Below the pieces are notes generated by a model, which worked only from the letters and a program-made list of their open reading frames with translations, was not told the DNA's origin and ran no database searches. The position numbers were made by a program, and so were the translations under genes. Below, in pieces: positions 9,068 through 18,805 of a stretch of 61,722 nt of DNA. Position 1 is the stretch's first letter. The number at the start of each line of letters is the position of its first letter. The DNA is from Chitinophagales bacterium (GTDB lineage Bacteria; Bacteroidota; Bacteroidia; Chitinophagales; S012-47). Where the stretch lies: assembly GCA_026981615.1 (NCBI GenBank), contig JALSIH010000123.1:1-61722 (forward strand), given 5' to 3'.

Positions 9068-10096
9068 ATGAAAATATCCGTTTACCGCATGCCCCGGGCG
9101 GGCAATATTCATAAGCTTGCCCTCCGCTCCGAGGAACTGCCCGAACCGGCAGCCGATGAGGTTCAGATAGAAGTAAAAGCCGTGGGGCTCAATTTTGCCG
9201 ATATCTTTGCCATGCAGGGGCTCTACAGCGCCACCCCCGAAGGCTCTTTCATTCCGGGACTCGAGTTCTCCGGAGTCATTGTCAAAACGGGGGAGAAAGT
9301 AAAAGACCGCAAAGTGGGTGAAAGGGTGATGGGAGCCACACGTTTCGGGGGCTATGTCAACTACATCAACCATCATCACCTCTATGTGCAGCCCATCCCC
9401 GAAGACTGGTCCTTCGAAGAAGGGGCCGCGTTTTTGGTACAGGGCCTGACGGCCTACTACGCACTCATAAAACTGGGCGACATTAAGCCGGGAATGAATA
9501 TCCTCATTCACAGCGCGGCCGGAGGTGTGGGCATACTGGCCAACCGTATCGCCAAAAAAATGGGGGCTTATACCATCGGCACCGTAGGGCGGCCCGGGAA
9601 GCTTGAATATCTCAAGAATAATGAATCCTATGACCGGATCATTGTGCGCGGAAAAAACTTCGGGGAGCAACTGGAAGAGGCACTGGGCGAGCGGGAATTG
9701 AATCTGATCATGGAATGTATCGGAGGCGATGTGCTGAAGGCCGGCTGGGATCGTCTGGCACCCATGGGGCGGATGATTGCTTACGGTTCGGCAAGCTTCA
9801 CTTCGCACAGTGCACGTCCCGATAAAATCAAACTGCTGATAAAATACCTCAAAAGGCCGCGCATCGATCCGCTCCGCCTGCCTTCCGAGAACAAATCGCT
9901 CATGGGCTTCAATCTCATCTGGCTCTACGACCGGGTAGAACTGATGCGGGAAATGCTGCAGGGGCTGATGGACTTAAAGATCGGAGCCCAGCACGTAGGG
10001 CATGTCTTCGAATGGGAGCAGATGCATGAAGCCATCCGGCAGTTTCAGCTCGGCCGCACAACAGGAAAGGTCGTTGTAAAAACAGATTTACATTAA
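9068..10096 (+). CDS. zinc-type alcohol dehydrogenase superfamily / quinone oxidoreductase-like (MDR) protein
   Basis: GroES-like N-terminal part and a HSAAGGVG nucleotide-binding motif typical of the Qor/VAT-1 branch of MDR enzymes. Confidence 0.8.
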   Translation: MKISVYRMPRAGNIHKLALRSEELPEPAADEVQIEVKAVGLNFADIFAMQGLYSATPEGSFIPGLEFSGVIVKTGEKVKDRKVGERVMGATRFGGYVNYINHHHLYVQPIPEDWSFEEGAAFLVQGLTAYYALIKLGDIKPGMNILIHSAAGGVGILANRIAKKMGAYTIGTVGRPGKLEYLKNNESYDRIIVRGKNFGEQLEEALGERELNLIMECIGGDVLKAGWDRLAPMGRMIAYGSASFTSHSARPDKIKLLIKYLKRPRIDPLRLPSENKSLMGFNLIWLYDRVELMREMLQGLMDLKIGAQHVGHVFEWEQMHEAIRQFQLGRTTGKVVVKTDLH

Positions 10097-10118
10097 TCCC
10101 GCATTCAAAATACGGCCC

Positions 10119-10146
10119 GCAAAGCAGCGATTAGCTTTCGCTTTTT
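10119..10146 (+). terminator. possible intrinsic terminator
   Basis: Imperfect stem GCAAAGC / GCTTTCGC followed by TTTTT, 23 nt after the stop. Confidence 0.4.
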
Positions 10147-10166
10147 CATATCCGGCCTGTCCATAC

Positions 10167-10174
10167 TATATTTG
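10167..10174 (+). promoter_or_regulatory. Bacteroidota -7 promoter box (TAtaTTTG)
   Basis: Exact TAnnTTTG match 17 nt upstream of ATG 10191. Confidence 0.45.
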
Positions 10175-10190
10175 ACACAAAGAAACGGCT

Positions 10191-10715
10191 ATGCGCAAAC
10201 TTATTTTGTTTTCGGCTTCGAGCATCGATTTCTATATTGCCCGCAAAGACGGATCCATCGACTGGCTCTTCTCGGACGGCAACGACTATGGCTTCCAGTC
10301 GTTTTATACCCAGATCGACAGCATCCTGGTCGGGCACAATACCTTCAAAGAAGCTCTTGAGCTGGATAAAAACTTCCCCGACCCCAAACGCAGTTATTAC
10401 GTTTTCAGCAGAAAGAAAGAATCTTCGGACTGGAAAAATGTCAATTTCATTCGCTATGACATTGCCGAGTTTGTAGAAAAAATGAAAAACCTGCCCGGAA
10501 AAAACATCTGGCTGATGGGCGGTGCCCAGATCAATGAATTGCTCTACAATGCCGGGCTGATTGATGAAATCATACTCTCGATACATCCCATCATCCTCGG
10601 GCAGGGCATTCCCCTGCTTGGGAAAAACGCCCATGAAGAGCAGTTTGAGGTGAAGCAGGTACATAGCTACGACAGCGGCCTGATTCAGATTACCTATCGC
10701 AAGGGCCTGCGATGA
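10191..10715 (+). CDS. dihydrofolate reductase family protein (RibD C-terminal domain)
   Basis: The N-terminal MRKLILFSASSIDFYIARKDGSIDWL and the later WLMGG motif are typical of RibD_C / DHFR-like proteins. Confidence 0.75.
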   Translation: MRKLILFSASSIDFYIARKDGSIDWLFSDGNDYGFQSFYTQIDSILVGHNTFKEALELDKNFPDPKRSYYVFSRKKESSDWKNVNFIRYDIAEFVEKMKNLPGKNIWLMGGAQINELLYNAGLIDEIILSIHPIILGQGIPLLGKNAHEEQFEVKQVHSYDSGLIQITYRKGLR

Positions 10716-11371
10716 GGACTGCCCTTCTGCTCGGCCCTACCGGGTTGACCGGCCGGGCTTTGCTTCTTCAACTTCTCAATGATCCGGATTTTAATATTGT
10801 CAGGGTCTTTCACCGCAGACCCGGTGGGGTGCGGCACCCGAAATTAAATGAAGAGATCATCGATTTTGATAAACTTTCGGAGTGGAAATCCGGGCTCCGT
10901 GGCGATATTCTCTTCTCGGCCCTGGGTACTACCCTGAAAAATGCCGGAAGCAAGGATGCGCAATACCGTGTCGACTTCCGTTATCAATATGAATGTGCCC
11001 GGGCTGCTGCTGCCAACGGTGTAAATACTTATGTGCTCATCAGTGCCCGCATGGCCGATTCCTCATCGCAGATCTTCTACTCCCGTATGAAAGGAGAGCT
11101 CGAAGATGCCGTAAAAGAACTTCCCTTCGGAAGAATTCTCATTTTCCGTCCGGGACTGCTGCACGGACCACGGGCTGAGAAACGAAAAATGGAAGGTCTT
11201 TTTGCCCGGCTTTCCAAAGGAATAAGTCTCCTGCCGGGCCTTCGTCATTGGAAGGCTCTGAGCGGTGAAGAGCTCGCAAGAGCCCTGATTGCTGCCGCAA
11301 AAAAGCCTCCGCAAATGGAAAAGACCGAAATCTATGAGGCCCGCGATATTTATCGCTTATTGAAGGCCTGA
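10712..11371 (+). CDS. NAD(P)H-binding Rossmann-fold oxidoreductase (atypical SDR)
   Basis: GPTGLTG (GxxGxxG) sits at the N-terminus. The ATGA start/stop overlap with the preceding gene indicates translational coupling. Confidence 0.7.
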   Translation: MRTALLLGPTGLTGRALLLQLLNDPDFNIVRVFHRRPGGVRHPKLNEEIIDFDKLSEWKSGLRGDILFSALGTTLKNAGSKDAQYRVDFRYQYECARAAAANGVNTYVLISARMADSSSQIFYSRMKGELEDAVKELPFGRILIFRPGLLHGPRAEKRKMEGLFARLSKGISLLPGLRHWKALSGEELARALIAAAKKPPQMEKTEIYEARDIYRLLKA

Positions 11372-11382
11372 GAGAAGGAAAA

Positions 11383-14300
11383 TCAGTGCTGCTCCGCGGA
11401 GATCAACTGCCTGATTTCGGGGCTTGCCTCCACCTGATAAATACGGGGAGGCCGGTTATTTATCGCAGCAATGACATATGTGGCCCCGCCACCGGCCCGC
11501 GGTATGGCAATCAGGTCTTTCAGATCTCCGGGTGCATAAAAGCCGGTCCCGGAAGGCAATCCGCTCTTCAGGCCATCCGGACGGCTGAAGAGTACCAGGC
11601 CGTTGCCGGCATCATAGCGGGGTGTTTCCACTTCAGCGCCATACATATTTCCGGCCATCATCAGATCGCGGATACCGTCAGCGTCCACATCGATGGCCAG
11701 CATGGCATTGAGCGGAGCCAGCTGTGCCAAAGGTGGGAATGGATGGGGAGAAGCGAAACCCTTGCCGGTATTTAGGAAATAAAGTGAACTGAAGTTATTG
11801 ACCTCCCGGTGATAGGCGTTGGAAAGCTTTTCGCTTCCGAAAATATCTTCGATATCGGCCTCGGCAAAGGAGCGGTAACTCGGGAATTTCTCCTTTATGA
11901 AGGGCATCTGCTCTGATGAGCATTGCCGCCCTCTCAGGGGAACCAGCTCGCCCCGGTATGTGCTGCTCAATACAATGTCATTGCTTCCGTTGCCATCGAA
12001 GTCATCCGAAAAGATGTGCAGCGGCCGGTCTGCCTCCGGATGGAATTTGTTGTTTTCACCCAGGTTTCCCGCAAGGATATCCGGCAAACCATCGCCATTG
12101 ATATCATGTATCAACAGGCTGTACCACCATCCACTCAGGGTTTGAAAAGGATATTTATTTTCAGCGCTTTTGAAATGCCCCCGGTCATTTATAAGCGCTG
12201 CAATAGGCATCCATTCCCCGCAAAGCAGCATGTCCTCATCACCGTCCCCGTCCAGATCGATCCAGGCAATGTCGTTGACCAGTCCGATGCCGTTCAGTTC
12301 CGGTGCAATTTCATCGCTTTTGTCCTGAAACCTTCCCTTGCCATCGTTGACGAGTATTACGCTGCGGGGTGCACGGGGATAGCGGCCGGGTATGTTTCTT
12401 CCGCCCACGACAAGGTCCGTGTCGCCATCGCCATCGATATCATGGGCCGATACGGCCAATCCGCTAATGGCCGGACCGGGAAGTGCCCGGCTTGCTTTCA
12501 CAAAGTGCCCCCTGCCATCGTTCAGATAAAGGCGGTCGCGATAGCGCGGATCGCCTTCCGGAAATTCGTTTCCTCCGCTTACCACATAGAGATCCGGGTC
12601 ATTGTCTCCGTCTGCATCGAAAAAAACGGATCGCATATCCTCCGATGCCCGGTCCGCCTTCCACGGGGCATTTTCGACTTCTTTGAAATGCCCGTTGCGC
12701 TGCTGCAGGTACAATGCCCCGGCCTGCCCCGCGGCACCGCCTATGAAGAAATCCGTCAATCCGTCTCCATTGACATCTGCGGCACTCAGAAAGGGGCCCA
12801 GTTTCGACTGACGGTGAGGCAGCAAAATTTCCCTCTCGAAATCGTCAAATTGGTTTTCGCGGTGTACAAAGTTGATTCCCAACGACTTGGCATTCAACTC
12901 CTTGACCGGAAATAATTTTGACGCTTTACGGCTGATGGTTTTTCTCGCCTCCGCAGCATGGATAAGATAGAGGGTGTCCGGCCCGGGGTCCACTACCGAA
13001 ATCAGCGAGCCGTCAGGCCATATCACGCGAAAGCTGTCAATCTCCGGGGATTTCCCCAGCCCGAAGTGCAGCTTCTCACCCATGGCCGACTGATAGCCGC
13101 GGCTGCCTGTATTTTCGAGCGTTTGTTTCCCCAGTGGTCCGTAAAGTTCAATGCGGGCATTCATGTTTTTGGCGTTTCGTCCGCCCCCTTCAAAGAGGAA
13201 TTGCACGAAATGATTGCCCCGCCCGCTGGCTGTGTTCTCATAGACAAAAGCAGGGTCATTGATGTTGTTGATTACCAAATCCAGATCACCATCATTATCC
13301 AGATCGGCATACGCTGCCCCATTGGAGAAAGTAGGCTCGCCCAGGCCCGCCTCCTCGCTGATATTGCGGAAGCGGAGCTCGCCATCGTTGCGATAGAGGA
13401 TATTGGGAAGCTTTTCGCTCGGCATCTCCCGGTAGAGCTTTTCCTTTATTTCAGCCGGTATCCGGCCCCGGTATTTTCTTGCCGTTTCTTTCAGCTTGAT
13501 TTGGAAATCGTTGTCCAGCGAATAGCGTACGTATCCGTTGCTGATAAAATAGTCTTTCCATCCATCGTTGTCAAAATCAGCAAAGAGGGCTGCCCAGCTC
13601 CAGTCTGTCTTTGCCACACCGGCACGCAGTGCGATATTGCTGAAGATCATCCGCTGCGGGTCTCCGGGGACGGGTCCTTCATTGAGCTGCAGGGAATTGA
13701 ACATATACTGATACTGATAGCCGAGATATTCGACCATGGTTTTGAATCGCTCGTTGCTCATCGATGCCATCAGGGTTTTGCTGCGAATATGATCGGCAGC
13801 GGCCATGTCCACGACACCTATTTCCGGGTATCCGTCATTGTTGATATCGGCAATGTCTGCACCCATACCAAACCATGATATCTGCCCGGTCATCTTCTTC
13901 TGCATTTCGCTGAAAGTGCCGTCACCATTGTTTATGAAAAGGAAGTCGGGGACAGAGAAGTCGTTGGCCACATAAATATCTACCCGGCCGTCCAGATTGA
14001 TATCGGCAGTGACCAGGCCCAGACCATAGCCATAGCGGAGGAGACCCGCCTGGCGGGTCACATCACTGAAATGGCCGTCACCGTCATTGCGATAAAGGCG
14101 CCCGCTTGCGGCTTCCATCTTCCGGGGGTCTTTCAGATCGTCAAATACTTTGTTCAGCGGTACAAAGAAATATTTCGATTCATTCATCACATAGAGGTCG
14201 AGGTCTCCGTCCCGGTCGTAGTCAAAAAAAGAGGCCTGGGTGGAGCGGTTTCCGTCATTCACCCCGTATTCTTTTGCCATCTCACGAAAAGTGCCGTCTT

Positions 14301-14790
14301 TTTGGTTGATATAGAGCAAATTTTCGCGTTTCCGGGCATCTCCTGCCGGCCCGGCCCGGCACACATAAATATCAAGCCATCCGTCATTGTTGACATCTGC
14401 CATCGTCACCCCGGTCGACCAATGATGCTTCTTAGTATTAATACCCGCCTTCCCGCTGATGTCTTCAAATTTCATCCCGCCTTTGTTCAGGTAAAGCCGG
14501 TCGGGCACCTGGTTGCCGGTAAAAAAGATGTCTTCGAGGCCGTCATTGTTGATATCCCCGATGGCCACCCCGCCCCCGTTGAAGAAGTATTGATAGGAGA
14601 GCACATTCGCTCTGGTATTCACATTTTCTTTCAGATCATTTCGAAAGCGAATGCCCGTTACAGACGGATCGAGCCTTACAAAAAGCGTTTCTTCGGCTTT
14701 TTTATCTGTCTTTTCATCCCCCTCGTTTTTCTCTTTGCAGGAGGAGAACAATACAATCAGTGAAAGCAGGATTGCGGCAAACTTTGGCAT
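11383..14790 (-). CDS. CRTAC1-family protein with FG-GAP/VCBS repeats and ASPIC/UnbV domain, lipoprotein
   Basis: Many D.DGDGD.D / DINNDG calcium-binding FG-GAP-type repeats. A central GSRGYQSA...LHFGLG segment matches ASPIC/UnbV. Lipobox LFSSC. Confidence 0.8.
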   Translation of the reverse strand: MPKFAAILLSLIVLFSSCKEKNEGDEKTDKKAEETLFVRLDPSVTGIRFRNDLKENVNTRANVLSYQYFFNGGGVAIGDINNDGLEDIFFTGNQVPDRLYLNKGGMKFEDISGKAGINTKKHHWSTGVTMADVNNDGWLDIYVCRAGPAGDARKRENLLYINQKDGTFREMAKEYGVNDGNRSTQASFFDYDRDGDLDLYVMNESKYFFVPLNKVFDDLKDPRKMEAASGRLYRNDGDGHFSDVTRQAGLLRYGYGLGLVTADINLDGRVDIYVANDFSVPDFLFINNGDGTFSEMQKKMTGQISWFGMGADIADINNDGYPEIGVVDMAAADHIRSKTLMASMSNERFKTMVEYLGYQYQYMFNSLQLNEGPVPGDPQRMIFSNIALRAGVAKTDWSWAALFADFDNDGWKDYFISNGYVRYSLDNDFQIKLKETARKYRGRIPAEIKEKLYREMPSEKLPNILYRNDGELRFRNISEEAGLGEPTFSNGAAYADLDNDGDLDLVINNINDPAFVYENTASGRGNHFVQFLFEGGGRNAKNMNARIELYGPLGKQTLENTGSRGYQSAMGEKLHFGLGKSPEIDSFRVIWPDGSLISVVDPGPDTLYLIHAAEARKTISRKASKLFPVKELNAKSLGINFVHRENQFDDFEREILLPHRQSKLGPFLSAADVNGDGLTDFFIGGAAGQAGALYLQQRNGHFKEVENAPWKADRASEDMRSVFFDADGDNDPDLYVVSGGNEFPEGDPRYRDRLYLNDGRGHFVKASRALPGPAISGLAVSAHDIDGDGDTDLVVGGRNIPGRYPRAPRSVILVNDGKGRFQDKSDEIAPELNGIGLVNDIAWIDLDGDGDEDMLLCGEWMPIAALINDRGHFKSAENKYPFQTLSGWWYSLLIHDINGDGLPDILAGNLGENNKFHPEADRPLHIFSDDFDGNGSNDIVLSSTYRGELVPLRGRQCSSEQMPFIKEKFPSYRSFAEADIEDIFGSEKLSNAYHREVNNFSSLYFLNTGKGFASPHPFPPLAQLAPLNAMLAIDVDADGIRDLMMAGNMYGAEVETPRYDAGNGLVLFSRPDGLKSGLPSGTGFYAPGDLKDLIAIPRAGGGATYVIAAINNRPPRIYQVEASPEIRQLISAEQH

Positions 14791-14947
14791 GCAGAAAAGT
14801 CATTTAATATCCGGAAAGTTTAAAAAACCAAAGTGTACTTGGGCAGGTAAATATAAATTTACATCATTTTGCCGAATAGGGAAGGCCGGCCGGCTTTGAA
14901 ATAAAATGTATAATTTACAGATTCGACACTTCTTAAATCTTTGATTC

Positions 14948-15853
14948 ATGTACCGCGAAATATCCGATGCCGCAGCATTTATTGCCAATAAGTTTTATCA
15001 ATGGGGGCTCGACACCCTCGAGTTGCTTCCCAACCTGATCGTAGCCCTGCTGCTCATATTTCTTTTTGTATTGCTGGCCCGCATGGTAAGGAGAGGGGTG
15101 GCACGCCTGCTCACCCGCTTTATGCACAACGAAGCCGTGGTGAAGCTGGTGGCCAAGCTGAGCTATATCCTCGTTTTTGCCATCGGCATTTTGATATCTC
15201 TCGAAGTATTGCACCTCGAACGAACCGTCACCTCGTTGCTGGCCGGAATCGGAGTGATCGGGCTGGGACTCGGAATCGCATTTCAGGATTTGGCGGCCAA
15301 CTTCATCAGCGGAGTAAGCATGGCCATGAAAAACCAGGTGAAAATCGGAGACCTTATCAAGACCGGTGAATTTTACGGTACCGTCACTTATGTGGGATTG
15401 CGCGAGACCATTATCCGCAGCATCAGCGGGCAGGATATAATCATTCCGAATAAAGAAATTTATCAAAACCCGATGATTCATTATACGGCCCGGCAGCAGA
15501 GGCGGATCGACCTTGCCATCGGGGTGTCGTACGGAGAAGACCTCGGACAGGTGGAAAAAATAACGCTGGAAGCCATTCGCGGGCTTGACTGTCTGCTCAA
15601 AGGAAAAGAAGTACGGCTCTACTTCACCGAATTTGCCTCCAGTTCTATTAACCTCGAAGTTCAGTACTGGATATCCTTTCGCACGCATGCCGAATATGTG
15701 TATGCCGTGAGCGAAGGCATCAAGGCAGTCAAAGCGGCCTATAACAAAAACGGGATCACCATTCCCTTCCCCATCCGTACGCTCGACTTCGGCATCAAAG
15801 GAGGCACACCTCTGGCCGAAGTTTTATCAAAATCTGCAGAAAAAGGGGAATAA
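14948..15853 (+). CDS. mechanosensitive ion channel family protein (MscS-like)
   Basis: Three N-terminal hydrophobic helices are followed by GDLIKTGEFYGTVTYVGLRETIIRS...IIIPNKEI, the MscS beta-domain signature. Confidence 0.8.
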   Translation: MYREISDAAAFIANKFYQWGLDTLELLPNLIVALLLIFLFVLLARMVRRGVARLLTRFMHNEAVVKLVAKLSYILVFAIGILISLEVLHLERTVTSLLAGIGVIGLGLGIAFQDLAANFISGVSMAMKNQVKIGDLIKTGEFYGTVTYVGLRETIIRSISGQDIIIPNKEIYQNPMIHYTARQQRRIDLAIGVSYGEDLGQVEKITLEAIRGLDCLLKGKEVRLYFTEFASSSINLEVQYWISFRTHAEYVYAVSEGIKAVKAAYNKNGITIPFPIRTLDFGIKGGTPLAEVLSKSAEKGE

Positions 15854-15876
15854 TAACCCGTGCAGCACAAGTATTT

Positions 15877-16317
15877 TCAGCGTACGCGTTTAGCCGCTTC
15901 TTCGCGAATCCCTGCGGCCACCCTCTCCATCTCCGCCTCACCGGCATATTTCTGCCGGGGCCAAAAGAAGCCTTTCAGGCCGTCTCCCCTCGTGCGGGGG
16001 ACGATGTGCACGTGAAAATGAGGCACCCGCTGGCTGACTACATTGTTGTTGGCAATAAATATACCTTCGGCATGCATGGCCGCACGAACGGCCTCGGACA
16101 GCAAACGGATATTTCCGGCCAGCTCCTGCAGCCATTCATCCGGCACGTCCATCCAGGTAGAGATGTGCCGCCTCGGGATCAGCAAAACATGGCCGGGAAA
16201 AAGCGGGCGGTGGTCAAGAAAAGCCAGAAAATATTTGTCTTCAAAAACTTTATGGGCCTTTTCGAGGCCCCCGGCTATCGCGCAAAAAATACAGTTTTCC
16301 TTCTCCCTGCTTTTCAT
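15877..16317 (-). CDS. HIT (histidine triad) family protein
   Basis: HFHVHIVPR histidine-triad motif. ATGA overlap with the upstream gene. Confidence 0.9.
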   Translation of the reverse strand: MKSREKENCIFCAIAGGLEKAHKVFEDKYFLAFLDHRPLFPGHVLLIPRRHISTWMDVPDEWLQELAGNIRLLSEAVRAAMHAEGIFIANNNVVSQRVPHFHVHIVPRTRGDGLKGFFWPRQKYAGEAEMERVAAGIREEAAKRVR

Positions 16318-17540
16318 TTAAAAAGCAAATCTCTGTAAAATCCCGGTTTTTTCAACCGAGCTCTGAGGTCAATGTCTTCAAACATGGCGGAGATGGTGTT
16401 TCGCAGGGTCTCGCTTTTCGAAGCCCGGTTTACGACCAGATTGAAAAGCCAGGGGTAATTAACCAGTTGCTGCATTTTATAGCTGAGTTGAAGCTCGCGG
16501 CCCAGTTTTCTATAGACATTCTCATCATATTGTTGCATAAAATCCGCTTCAAAATGCCCGCTGCGAACAGCTTCCGCTGCCACCTTTGCGGCTTCCACCC
16601 CGCTGAGCATGGCATTGCCGATGCCTTCCCCCGTAAAAGGGTCAATCAATGCTGCCGCATCACCGGCCAGCAGGTAGGCCTCGCCCGATATCCTGCGTTT
16701 TTTTGAGCCGAGCGGCAGGCCATACCCATCGATCTTGCCGAGAAGTTCGGCCCGGGCAAATCGCTTCTTCAGATTCTTGTCTTCCTTTATCATCTGCATC
16801 ATGCGCTCACGCAGATGGATCTTTTTTCTGCTCACCTTGTCGCTGCGCATGCCCACCCCCACATTGAAAAGCCCGCCCGGCAGAGGAAATATCCAGAAAT
16901 AACCGGGCAGAAAAGAGCGGGAAAAATGCAATTCGATAAAATGGCCGGGATGGGCATATTCGACCCCTTTGAAATAGGCTCTGACCCCGGCACAATAATG
17001 CTTCTTCTCTTTCCGGATCCCGGCCTGCCGGGCAAATCGCGAATGGGCTCCATTGGCAAATATCAGCAGCCCGGCCTCTATGCACTGCCCGTCAGCCGAG
17101 CGTATCTCCCAGTTCCCGTTCCTTCGTTCAAAATGCTGTGCATCAAAGGCTTCCAGCACCTCCAGCCCTCTTTCCCGGGCTCTTTCGAGCATAAAATGAT
17201 CAAAATCAAAGCGTTTGCTGATAAATCCCGGGGGGTGATGATCCCCCTTTTGATAATCCCTTTTGAAGGGGATTTCAAGGGCTTTGCCATTGGGAGCCAC
17301 AAAGGTCACTCCCCAGGAAGCACATTGAATGGGGCTTTTCTCTAACCCGGAGAGGATTGAGGGGTCCAGTTTCCTGAGCAGCTCCACCACTTTGCCGCTG
17401 ATGGCATCTCCGCATATCTTATCCCGCGGAAAGCGCGCCCGGTCAACAAGCAGGCTTTCCACACCCTCTTTCTTAAGCTGCAGCCCTGCGGCTATGCCTG
17501 CCGGACCCGCTCCCACTATCAATACCTTTACTTTTCTCAT
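16314..17540 (-). CDS. geranylgeranyl reductase family FAD-dependent oxidoreductase
   Basis: VLIVGAGPAGIAAG dinucleotide-binding motif, then GDAAALIDPFTGEGI near the C-terminal third. Start set at ATG 17540; the track start 17558 is TTG. Confidence 0.8.
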   Translation of the reverse strand: MRKVKVLIVGAGPAGIAAGLQLKKEGVESLLVDRARFPRDKICGDAISGKVVELLRKLDPSILSGLEKSPIQCASWGVTFVAPNGKALEIPFKRDYQKGDHHPPGFISKRFDFDHFMLERARERGLEVLEAFDAQHFERRNGNWEIRSADGQCIEAGLLIFANGAHSRFARQAGIRKEKKHYCAGVRAYFKGVEYAHPGHFIELHFSRSFLPGYFWIFPLPGGLFNVGVGMRSDKVSRKKIHLRERMMQMIKEDKNLKKRFARAELLGKIDGYGLPLGSKKRRISGEAYLLAGDAAALIDPFTGEGIGNAMLSGVEAAKVAAEAVRSGHFEADFMQQYDENVYRKLGRELQLSYKMQQLVNYPWLFNLVVNRASKSETLRNTISAMFEDIDLRARLKKPGFYRDLLFK

Positions 17541-17545
17541 TCGGC

Positions 17546-18805
17546 TCAAAGCTCCCAACTAAGACGCAGAAAAGAAGACAATCCGCCCAGATTATTTGCA
17601 AAAAGAGGACTCAGGAGGTGCTCGCTTCCAAAGAAGAGGTATACTTTTTCCCCGAATTTCTTTCGCAGGCCCATGCCCAGATTGGGCGCACCCGCACCGC
17701 CATAGTACAGAGCAGCCCAATAATGCATGCCGGCCGCCTTGTCCTCATAGCCCACTGCGGCATGGAAAAGAGGAAGCGGGTAGGACAAATAGCGGTAGCG
17801 CAGCCCAAAATTCATATCCCAGGCCCCCAGTTTGCGCTGTGCAAAAAGGGAAAAAAGAGCGGGAGAACTCATCCGGAAGCCTGTATTTTCCGTTTTCACA
17901 TCCAGTCCGGAAAGAAGAGAGTCCTTTTCAAAAGAAAAGGAAAAAGACCCGCCATTAGCGAATACCTCAGCGATATCCGCCCCTTCATAATATTTGCTTG
18001 CATGCCGGCTCAGGTATATGGCCTTCTCCGATGCCAGCAGAATGCCGAAATCGCTTAGCGAGGCCTGCCATTCCCAGCCTTTCCAGTTGATCGAAAAGTC
18101 AAAGGAAGCGGTAAAACCCCATCCGTCCGTGCCGAATTGTGCATTGTTGCTCGTATCGGAAAAGTAAATATCCAATTCGGTGTCGAGGAGGGTTTCATTT
18201 GAGAAGGGAGTGGTTTTTACCTGCCCTTCCGGAAAGTCGAGCATCCAAAAACGATTGATTTGCATGACCGAAGCGCCATACTTTATCGACCAGGGCAGGC
18301 GTGCATCTCTGCTTCCCCGCTCAAGCCAGACAGCGATGCGATTGCCTGCGTAAAAGTAGCCCGCAGCGGGGCCAAATGCTTCGCCACTGCTTTCGGGAGC
18401 GGCATTGCCGTAGAAAACAAGTGTAAACAATTCGGGGGGGAAGCGAAGTGCGGCACGATGTTCCCGCGCAATGGCGAGCCCCATTCTCCGGTAAGCCGCC
18501 CCCCGTGAGCGCATCATCGAAGTCCATGAAGCGCCATATGAAGATTGAAAAAAGAGATTGTTTTGCCTCCCCAGCACCCTGTTTGCCCGGTCTTTGAGCG
18601 ATGGGTCAATGCTGCCTCCAAAAATAAATTTGTTCAAAAACGCTTGAGGCAGACGATTGGCTTCGACCCGGTAGTCGCCCCATGTGCTGACATAAGCCGA
18701 GTCGAATGCCGGCACGGCAGCCAGGGAGCGGTAAAGCGGGTAGCCATTTTGGGCTGAAAGCAGCGAAGAGCATGTGATCAGAAAAAGAAGAAATACTCTA
18801 TTCAT
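17546..18805 (-). CDS. hypothetical secreted protein, probable outer-membrane beta-barrel
   Basis: Signal peptide MNRVFLLFLITCSSLLSAQ. Gly/aromatic-rich, alternating pattern. No named motif recognised. 8-nt overlap with the upstream gene. Confidence 0.6.
   Translation of the reverse strand: MNRVFLLFLITCSSLLSAQNGYPLYRSLAAVPAFDSAYVSTWGDYRVEANRLPQAFLNKFIFGGSIDPSLKDRANRVLGRQNNLFFQSSYGASWTSMMRSRGAAYRRMGLAIAREHRAALRFPPELFTLVFYGNAAPESSGEAFGPAAGYFYAGNRIAVWLERGSRDARLPWSIKYGASVMQINRFWMLDFPEGQVKTTPFSNETLLDTELDIYFSDTSNNAQFGTDGWGFTASFDFSINWKGWEWQASLSDFGILLASEKAIYLSRHASKYYEGADIAEVFANGGSFSFSFEKDSLLSGLDVKTENTGFRMSSPALFSLFAQRKLGAWDMNFGLRYRYLSYPLPLFHAAVGYEDKAAGMHYWAALYYGGAGAPNLGMGLRKKFGEKVYLFFGSEHLLSPLFANNLGGLSSFLRLSWEL

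Noticed and set aside
11923-13878. 330-aa and 306-aa plus-strand ORFs inside the CRTAC1-family gene
   Set aside because: They are antisense to a gene with dozens of clear FG-GAP calcium-binding repeats. The repetitive sense sequence keeps the antisense frame open.
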